Below are positions 58,052 through 64,000 of a stretch of DNA of 64,000 nucleotides, piece by piece (position 1 is the stretch's first letter; each line of letters starts with the position of its first letter). The stretch comes from a virus, in the IMG/VR virus record IMGVR_UViG_3300017917_003607, positions 47,692 through 111,691 of that record; one strand, written 5' to 3'. Both the position numbers and the translations under genes were made by a program. Below the pieces are notes generated by a model. That model was not told where the DNA came from. It made no database searches and saw only the letters and a list, made by a program, of their open reading frames with translations.

Positions 58052-58070
58052 TAAGTATAAATATACCAGA

Positions 58071-59408
58071 TTAGTCCTTCGGCCTATCTATACCAAAATC
58101 GTCTAAGAAACTTAGGTCTGTTCCACCGTCATCATCGTCATCATCGGTAGGTAAAGTTGGGTAATCATCATCACCGTCATCAACATCTTCATAAGACCCA
58201 AGAATTTCTTCCAAATCTTGTTTGTTAAGTTGTTCCATGACATCATCGGCAATTCTTTCCATTTCCGTATACGCCGACTGGTCACCAGAATTTATTCTTT
58301 GTGCTAAAGAAATAAATCTATTTTTTGGTATTTGTGTAATTTCTCTAAATATCAAACCTTGAACTATCTTCATGTTTTCAACATCATCGAAAAGTTTCGC
58401 GGGTAACGACTCAATAAGTTTTTCCCACAGATACACACCAACAATAATATCAAATATTTCGTTAACTAACGTGTCGGCTTTTGCCTTTACCATTTGAGCT
58501 TGAATAGGTTCTTTAGGTAAAGATGGTGCTAAAATGATATCCATATAACCTTTTAATAATTCATGAACAATTATTGGGAAAATAACACCTTTAGCTTTTA
58601 CAACCATATTACCAGTTTCATTCCCTTCTTCATCTTTTTCAAAATCAACCTCTTCTTCACCGCCAATATTTTGTTGTGAACTAGCCATGGCTTCCATCAT
58701 TTCAGGTGGTAACATCCAATACAAATAGTCGTTTAGAGCCATTAAAATACCATATTTGTCAGTAATTCCAGGTTCCATTTGTTCTAACCTGTCTCTAACC
58801 AATTCAAACATAAAGTGACCTTTTTTAGCAAAACCTTGAGTTATTGCATTAAAAAATCTTCTTTTTGCTACTTTATAATTGAAGTTTTCAAAAGCATCTA
58901 AAAACTCATCAAGGTCTTCCCCATTTTCTTCGAATGCCAATTCTATATCCTCTGCACTAAATTCTTCAGGTTCGCTTTGGAAATTCTCGTTTGGTGCGTC
59001 CCCTAAATTTTTAAACTTAGCTTCAAATTTAATAAACTCTCTGTACTTTTCATCTAAAAGTTCATTTTCGGCTAATTCTACAGCCAAGTTTTCAAGCTCT
59101 CTTTCTCTACCGTTTTCAAACGATTTAACATCTCTAAAAACGCTCATCAATAACATTTGTAGACCACCTAAATTTGTAGGTACTCTTTCACCAACGTATC
59201 TTTGTAATTTTTGTATAACATCGGCAAATCTTTTGGTTGCTGCTTTTTCTTCAAAAGTCTGCCTTTCACCTTCTTTTTTCTTTGGGAAAAAAGGACTATC
59301 TGAGTATGGGGTATCTCCTCTTTCTATACTTCTTTTGAGTTCAGGGTTCATTCTAAAACCTTCTGGTTCATCAATCGGAGCTTCAAATATTCTATTTCTG
59401 TTTTTCAT
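58071..59408 (-). CDS. Conserved-looking hypothetical protein upstream of the terminase
   Basis: 445 aa; KRRFFNAITQG, FPIIVHELLKG; acidic C-tail. Confidence 0.75.
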   Translation of the reverse strand: MKNRNRIFEAPIDEPEGFRMNPELKRSIERGDTPYSDSPFFPKKKEGERQTFEEKAATKRFADVIQKLQRYVGERVPTNLGGLQMLLMSVFRDVKSFENGRERELENLAVELAENELLDEKYREFIKFEAKFKNLGDAPNENFQSEPEEFSAEDIELAFEENGEDLDEFLDAFENFNYKVAKRRFFNAITQGFAKKGHFMFELVRDRLEQMEPGITDKYGILMALNDYLYWMLPPEMMEAMASSQQNIGGEEEVDFEKDEEGNETGNMVVKAKGVIFPIIVHELLKGYMDIILAPSLPKEPIQAQMVKAKADTLVNEIFDIIVGVYLWEKLIESLPAKLFDDVENMKIVQGLIFREITQIPKNRFISLAQRINSGDQSAYTEMERIADDVMEQLNKQDLEEILGSYEDVDDGDDDYPTLPTDDDDDDGGTDLSFLDDFGIDRPKD

Positions 59409-60274
59409 TATTTTAATCTATAACCTGCATTTATGAAAGAATTGTAACTCAACCATTCAGGACCTTTTCTTCTTGCCTTTGGACCAGGTTTTTGAGCTGG
59501 TTCTATTTTAAAAGGATTTTTTCTTTGTGGTTTTGACGGTGTCTTTGTTGGTGTTTTTACAGGTGCCTTTGCTGGCGCTCCTGTACCCGCTTCATCTAAC
59601 TCAGCTTTAGGTCCAGGTTTTTGGGATGGTTCTATTTTTAAAGGATTTTTTCTTTTTGGTTTTGACGGAGATTCCTTTTCTTTTGTTTTTTCTCCTGGTG
59701 CTTCCTTTGTTCTTGTTGATGACTCTATAAGTGACATGAGTTCTTTTTTACTGATTGACTCAGGTATATACTTTTCAATTAACTTTGTCAAGCTCTCTTC
59801 TAATTTCTTTTCAGGTAATTTTTTAAAATCAGTTTTTTTAGAAAATTCTTTAGCCCATTTACACCACTTCTTTTTAGCTTTCTCAGTTCTTGCATTATCA
59901 CACTTAGCCCAAAAAAGTCTTTGTTGTGATTTAGACTCAAATTTTTCGGACATTTCACCTTCAAACATTCCCATACCATCTTCTGTCGCATCAGGGTCAT
60001 CCACAACATTTATAGTATCATCTTCTTTCAAAGGAGTAATTGTAGTACCTCCACCTGTAGTATCAATTTCAATATCACCAACCACTGTTTTTGAATTTGG
60101 TTTAACTTTATACTTAGTTGTTGTGGTGGTTACTGGTGTTGTGTTTGGTGGTGTACCTTGTTCAATCAATCTATTATACAATAGATTAACTTGAGATTCG
60201 GATAAACCTCTTAAGGTATTGTAACTGAATCCATCAGCTATTAATCTTTCTATTTTGGTTCCAATGTTAGACAT
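59408..60274 (-). CDS. Low-complexity modular hypothetical (candidate internal head) protein
   Basis: KFESKSQQRLFWAKC...WAKEF..KTDFKKLPEK module; duplicated PSKP.RKNP.KIEP.QKPGPKA. Confidence 0.7.
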   Translation of the reverse strand: MSNIGTKIERLIADGFSYNTLRGLSESQVNLLYNRLIEQGTPPNTTPVTTTTTKYKVKPNSKTVVGDIEIDTTGGGTTITPLKEDDTINVVDDPDATEDGMGMFEGEMSEKFESKSQQRLFWAKCDNARTEKAKKKWCKWAKEFSKKTDFKKLPEKKLEESLTKLIEKYIPESISKKELMSLIESSTRTKEAPGEKTKEKESPSKPKRKNPLKIEPSQKPGPKAELDEAGTGAPAKAPVKTPTKTPSKPQRKNPFKIEPAQKPGPKARRKGPEWLSYNSFINAGYRLK

Positions 60275-60668
60275 GTGTTAGGTCTTTTTCTATTTTTATT
60301 ACGATATCTCTTTCGTATAGTTTGTCTTTTACTTCTTCTTCTGAATCACCAAAATGAAAAACTAATCTTGTTTCGTTTTCATCGTAGTATTCATTTTCAG
60401 TGTCTTCCCAAGCTAACGCAATTACATTGTCTATTGCGTCATATATGGAAAAAAAGTCAGAGTTTTGAATTACGTTTAATTTTATTCTATCGTTTTTCAA
60501 AACACCAACTTTTGATATAAAGTCTATGTGTGGTGGTTGTGGATTTCCACTTGCTGGATTAGAGTCCCAACCCTCACCATCTACTTTATCTTCAGTTGAG
60601 AAAATAAATTCATACAGATTATCTCCTTTGAAATTAGGTCCCAACTCATTTACAAAAACTAACTTCAT
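60267..60668 (-). CDS. Hypothetical protein
   Basis: 133 aa, coupled on both sides; YEFIFS, DAIDNVIALAWE. Confidence 0.75.
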   Translation of the reverse strand: MKLVFVNELGPNFKGDNLYEFIFSTEDKVDGEGWDSNPASGNPQPPHIDFISKVGVLKNDRIKLNVIQNSDFFSIYDAIDNVIALAWEDTENEYYDENETRLVFHFGDSEEEVKDKLYERDIVIKIEKDLTHV

Positions 60669-61897
60669 AAAATCACACCTTTTGGTGATATTTTAATTTG
60701 TTTTCCTTCGTTTTCAAAAACCAAATTTTTCAAATTTGTTTTACCAACAAATTTAACATTTTCGTTTTCACTTAAAATAAACTCTGCAGTTAATTCTTGT
60801 TCTATTGTTTCAGAAAGTCTTTTTATTTCATCAACAACTGTTACTTTGTTAATTTTTTTGTTAATGAAATTTTTGATTTCTTTTGTTTTTTTATTTTTCT
60901 TTTCATCTTCAGTTATTACAAAATATTTTGATAATACTTTGTCTACTTTAGATTCAAACATTCCACCCATCATTTCGTATACACCATCGTACCCTTCACC
61001 AACTTCAGGTTGTGTGGTAACTTCATCAGAACCGTCAGCACCCAAATCAGCAGGTACTTCATCTGATGATGGTTCCAAAGACGGCTCACCCATGTCACCC
61101 ATGTCTTCACCACCTTCTTCAGTACCTTCAATTTTTCCAATAATTTCTTCAACATCAGAATCTTCTAAAATAGAAAGGTCTAAAGCCGATAAAACAGAAT
61201 TTAAAACATACTTAACATCCTCAGCACTCATTTCGTTTCCTTCTTCATAAGTTCTAAGTTTTTGTCCTAATTTACCTGTTAACTTTTGTATAGTTTTAAA
61301 TGTTACTTCTTCTCCTTCATCACCAGTCGGTTCTGTACCCATGTCGTCCATTGGTTCTGCGCCAATATCGTCCATTGGTGTATCAACCGCTTCAGGAGCT
61401 GGTGCACTTAAATCCGCAGGTGGTGCACTTACTTCTGCAGCTGGTGCACTTAAATCCGCAGGTGGTGCACTTACTTCTGCAGGTGGTGTACTTACTTCAG
61501 GAGCTGGTGTACTTGTTTTAGGTCCTTTTAGTACATATTTTTTTTCTTCGCCAAATAAACTAACACCTTTTTCATTTTCTGTTAGTCTATTTATTTCACC
61601 AGCCAATAAATTAAATCTTTTAAATGCTTGTGAATACGAATTATAATATTTTCTATTATTAATTATGTCCATGTAATCCAAAGAAGATTCATTAACACCT
61701 TTTTTCAAGATGTAACCATTTCTTTCTTTTACAATACCATACACATATCCATCAGATAATGTCTTTGTGTATGAGACAGTCTCATTCAAGTTTATTTCTT
61801 CTTTAGGGGTCTCACCATATCTAGCAATTTCCATGATACGGGCAATTTTATCCATTCCTTGAAGTTTTTCGCTACCTATTGGTTTTAAATCAGCCAT
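60665..61897 (-). CDS. Acidic modular hypothetical protein (candidate core/scaffold-like)
   Basis: 410 aa with Pro/Ala heptad repeats and an IQKLTGKLGQKLR...KYVLNSVLSA module. Confidence 0.75.
   Translation of the reverse strand: MADLKPIGSEKLQGMDKIARIMEIARYGETPKEEINLNETVSYTKTLSDGYVYGIVKERNGYILKKGVNESSLDYMDIINNRKYYNSYSQAFKRFNLLAGEINRLTENEKGVSLFGEEKKYVLKGPKTSTPAPEVSTPPAEVSAPPADLSAPAAEVSAPPADLSAPAPEAVDTPMDDIGAEPMDDMGTEPTGDEGEEVTFKTIQKLTGKLGQKLRTYEEGNEMSAEDVKYVLNSVLSALDLSILEDSDVEEIIGKIEGTEEGGEDMGDMGEPSLEPSSDEVPADLGADGSDEVTTQPEVGEGYDGVYEMMGGMFESKVDKVLSKYFVITEDEKKNKKTKEIKNFINKKINKVTVVDEIKRLSETIEQELTAEFILSENENVKFVGKTNLKNLVFENEGKQIKISPKGVIL
61396..61515. repeat. 21-bp tandem repeats encoding (P/A)-A-E-V-S-A-P / P-A-D-L-S-A-P
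   Basis: ggtgcacttaaatccgcaggt and ggtgcacttacttctgcag(c/g)t units alternate about 5 times. Confidence 0.85.
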
Positions 61898-61916
61898 TTT
61901 ATATTTTTTTTTTAGT

Positions 61917-62117
61917 TTAAGAGTTTAGTCCGTTGAATCCCCCAATAGCAACTGCACCACATTGGAAAGCTTCTTGGGATTTGTCAGTGTATTTTGCGTT
62001 AGTCCACACTGGTTTAGGTGTTTTGAAAGTTACTATATCAGTACCACCTGTTAGGTTGTTTGCAACACCAACCACTACGGTGTTGTAATTGTTATTAGTA
62101 CAAGCTGTTGTTGCCAT
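61917..62117 (-). CDS. 66-aa hypothetical late protein
   Basis: TATTTAT box upstream; ends AVAIGGFNGLNS. Confidence 0.65.
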   Translation of the reverse strand: MATTACTNNNYNTVVVGVANNLTGGTDIVTFKTPKPVWTNAKYTDKSQEAFQCGAVAIGGFNGLNS

Positions 62118-62150
62118 CGTTTATTTTTTATATATAAATATACTATTTTA

Positions 62151-62924
62151 TCAAAATAATTCAGTTTCCTTGAGGGTTAACTGTTTATCTATTAGTTTAT
62201 CCTTGGCTTCTTTAAATTTTCCAATGTACCCATTTCTCCTAAGTACTTTGAAAACTAAATTTTCATATGAGTATTCTCCACCTTTTTTTAAACCCGAAGT
62301 TCTATATTTATCTAACTTATCTTCGTATTTGTCAAACAATTCTTTAACTGTTTTGATGTCTTCGTTTTCAGCTGCGTCAATTACTCCATCAATAATACTC
62401 ATCCATTGTTTTGACTTTTCTTTGACTTTATTTAAATCAATATTTGCCTTTTCGTAGATAGGAGGTTTAACCCAATCATTATTTAAGACTGAATACACAC
62501 CAGCAGAAAATCTTTCACCCGCACTATCTTCGATATATAGTTCAACATCATACCCTTTTATTGTTATGTCGTGTTTTAGATTAAACGCATTTTTTTTCAA
62601 TCTGAATAAATCACCATATAGTTCCTTATTCTTTCCATAATTGTCCAATGAAGTTATAACATGTAAATCAACATCTGAATAGTCAGACCAATTGTAATTG
62701 ACTAAAGAACCTGTCATTACAATATCATTAACAAAAAAATCTACCTTGAGTGTGTCAATAAACAACTCGGCAATTTCCAATAATCGTTTGCGTATTTCAG
62801 GTTTTAATTTGAGTTCTTTTGAATCAGAATCTTTCAAAGACTTATTTTTAGGGCTATACCAAATATCGGAAGGTAATTGGTCCTTAACTTCAAAACTACT
62901 TATAATTGTTTCGATTTTCTTCAC
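62151..62924 (-). CDS. Pol-beta-superfamily nucleotidyltransferase
   Basis: MTGSLVNYNWSDYSDVDLH (GS...DxD), GYDVELY, GEYSYENLVFKVLRR. Confidence 0.85.
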   Translation of the reverse strand: MKKIETIISSFEVKDQLPSDIWYSPKNKSLKDSDSKELKLKPEIRKRLLEIAELFIDTLKVDFFVNDIVMTGSLVNYNWSDYSDVDLHVITSLDNYGKNKELYGDLFRLKKNAFNLKHDITIKGYDVELYIEDSAGERFSAGVYSVLNNDWVKPPIYEKANIDLNKVKEKSKQWMSIIDGVIDAAENEDIKTVKELFDKYEDKLDKYRTSGLKKGGEYSYENLVFKVLRRNGYIGKFKEAKDKLIDKQLTLKETELF

Positions 62925-62945
62925 ATATATAAATACACGAAACTA

Positions 62946-63188
62946 TTACAATTTCTTGTATTGATATATTTTACTGATTTTTGATGAAAAAAACTTACCT
63001 TGTGACTCGGCCATTCTGAATTGTACATATACTTCATGTGGAACATCTTTGTATTCATACTGTAAACCACTGCTAAATTTAACAGTCATGGTTTTATCCG
63101 CGGTATCATACTTACTTTCGGTAATGTTTGATGATTTAATAATATTGTGAATTACCGTACCTTTAATTTCTTCTCTTAAAATTGCCAT
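62946..63188 (-). CDS. KTSC-domain protein
   Basis: SSNI....YD....M.VKF.SG..YEY.DVP..VY..F..AESQGKFF...I...Y.Y.K. Confidence 0.9.
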   Translation of the reverse strand: MAILREEIKGTVIHNIIKSSNITESKYDTADKTMTVKFSSGLQYEYKDVPHEVYVQFRMAESQGKFFSSKISKIYQYKKL

Positions 63189-63203
63189 ACTAATAAATAC
63201 GAA

Positions 63204-63230
63204 AAAACCCCTACTTTGTGTAGGGGTTTT
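63204..63230. terminator. Rho-independent terminator
   Basis: AAAACCCCTAC-TTTGT-GTAGGGGTTTT. Confidence 0.85.
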
Positions 63231-63233
63231 ACC

Positions 63234-63653
63234 TTAGGATTTTAATTTATTTAATTTGTCCCTTAATTTAATTGCCGTTTCAAAGTCCTGTTTTGAAACC
63301 ACTTCGTCTAATTGTGACTGAAGTTTTTCAAGCTCATCTCTGTTCTTTTCAAACTTTTTGATTTTGTCTCTAACTTCAGCTGCTTTTTCAAATTCTTGTT
63401 TTTCTACATACTCATCCATTTCTTTTTTCAGTTGAGTAATTGTATCATTTTCTTTAGTTGATTTTTGTTTTGGACCACCAACAGTTGTGATGATTGTGTA
63501 CTTGAACATACCATCAGGTGATGTGTAAGTTTCTTTGTTTGTTTCAACATCTTCCATAAAAGAGTCAAAGTTCATGGATTCAAAAAATCCGTCAAAGTCT
63601 TTCATCATGTCTTTGATTGAGCGTCTGTTTCTGTTAAATAAATTTTCCAACAT
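63234..63653 (-). CDS. Protein with two UVR (UvrB/UvrC) coiled-coil motifs
   Basis: LKKEMDEYVEKQEFEKAAEVRDKIK and LQSQLDEVVSKQDFETAIKLRDKL. Confidence 0.85.
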   Translation of the reverse strand: MLENLFNRNRRSIKDMMKDFDGFFESMNFDSFMEDVETNKETYTSPDGMFKYTIITTVGGPKQKSTKENDTITQLKKEMDEYVEKQEFEKAAEVRDKIKKFEKNRDELEKLQSQLDEVVSKQDFETAIKLRDKLNKLKS

Positions 63654-63678
63654 ATTTTTTTAATTAATTATTTTAGTT

Positions 63679-63686
63679 TATCTTTG
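63679..63686 (+). promoter_or_regulatory. Bacteroidota-type primary-sigma -7 element (TAnnTTTG) facing clpC
   Basis: TATCTTTG matches the Bacteroidota consensus TAnnTTTG. Confidence 0.45.
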
Positions 63687-63725
63687 TAAGACCAAATGTA
63701 CAAAAATGTGCCAAATCGTGAATAG

Positions 63726-63759
63726 TGACATTTTGTCATTATCATATGACATTTTGACA
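63726..63759. promoter_or_regulatory. Tandem palindromic operator TGACA-TTT-TG(T/A)CA x2
   Basis: TGACATTTTGTCA (63726-63738) and TGACATTTTGACA (63747-63759), 21 bp apart, between divergent genes. Confidence 0.65.
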
Positions 63760-63798
63760 TAATTGATTTTTTGGTATCAAAATTTATATTTTATACAT

Positions 63799-64000
63799 AT
63801 GATAGATTCAGAAGACCGTAATGAAAAGATGGGTGAAAAAAGACCATCTAAAGGCGAAAGTAAATCAAACACACCAGTGTTAGACAATTTTTCAAGAGAC
63901 CTTATTAAATTGGCTCAAGAAGGAAAACTTGACCCTGTAATTGGACGTGAAAACGAAATTAACAGATTGGCTCAGATTATCTCAAGAAGAAAGAAGAATA
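63799..64000 (+). CDS. clpC: ClpC/ClpB-type AAA+ ATPase, 5' part (not in ORF track); lacks the N-terminal Clp-repeat domain
   Basis: [67 protein letters not shown]. Confidence 0.88.
   Translation, partial: MIDSEDRNEKMGEKRPSKGESKSNTPVLDNFSRDLIKLAQEGKLDPVIGRENEINRLAQIISRRKKN

Larger units (their letters stand above)
4214..63199. promoter_or_regulatory. Recurrent putative late promoter box TATTTAT (sense strand), about 21 copies
   Basis: Start coordinates: 4214(-), 4257(+), 6024(-), 7850(+), 9435(+), 13683(-), 14097(-), 18674(-), 18693(+), 39914(+), 44268(+), 48004(-), 51510(-), 52556(-), 53106(+), 53326(+), 54391(-), 58057(-), 62134(-), 62929(-), 63193(-). Each points toward the next start codon. 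Confidence 0.8.

Noticed and set aside
15341-61515. Tandem repeats as a possible CRISPR array or DGR template/variable pair
   Set aside because: Units are multiples of 3, lie in frame within coding regions and have no unique spacers. No cas or reverse transcriptase gene and no adenine-specific variation was seen.
58879-62964. Several long plus-strand ORFs (58879-59436, 59736-60194, 60846-61250, 62089-62457 and others)
   Set aside because: They have Ser/Phe/Leu-rich antisense composition opposite well-supported, coupled minus-strand genes.
1-64000. Stop-codon reassignment, as seen in some huge phages
   Set aside because: Core genes (polymerase, terminase, portal, capsid, sheath) are full length in code 11, and TAG and TGA both end genes at sensible boundaries.
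1-64000. tRNA or rRNA genes
   Set aside because: Intergenic gaps are short and none showed a cloverleaf or T-loop consensus by eye; tRNAscan-SE would be needed for formal exclusion.

Overview
This 64-kb window is an AT-rich, densely coding segment of a large T4-like (myovirus, 'huge phage' type) genome read in the standard genetic code. The host is most likely Bacteroidota. Clues are a Bacteroidota-type bS21 with Tyr54, a DUF4494-like protein, a Flavobacteria-like HAD phosphatase, a ClpC, almost no Shine-Dalgarno sequences and a TAnnTTTG promoter. The window holds (i) tail and neck genes (sheath, gp15/gp14/gp13-like), an SNF2 helicase, a MnSOD fused to a nuclease-like domain and a family-B DNA polymerase; (ii) Ser/Thr-rich virion-surface genes, including a mucin-like Pro/Thr protein; (iii) an ~18.7-kb operon (21198-39899) of glycosyltransferases, nucleotide-sugar and sugar-decoration enzymes ending in a gp55-like late sigma factor; (iv) baseplate genes; (v) the head module (capsid, scaffold, prohead protease, portal, terminase) with an inverted bS21 + membrane-protein cassette; (vi) nucleotidyltransferase, KTSC, UVR-domain and ClpC genes. 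The best candidate for an undescribed system is phage-encoded virion glycosylation: a recurrent [S/T]-G-x-[S/T/C] motif is strongly concentrated in virion-surface proteins and nearly absent from the enzymes checked, and it lies beside a large glycan-building operon. Two other patterns stand out: a TATTTAT box upstream of about 21 mostly structural genes, often only 4-6 nt before the start codon (implying leaderless mRNAs), and small modules bounded by [I/L/V]-x-E prohead-protease-type sites, suggesting head-packaged polyproteins. All family assignments come from motif recognition by eye; no searches were run. No CRISPR, tRNA, intron or intein was seen.
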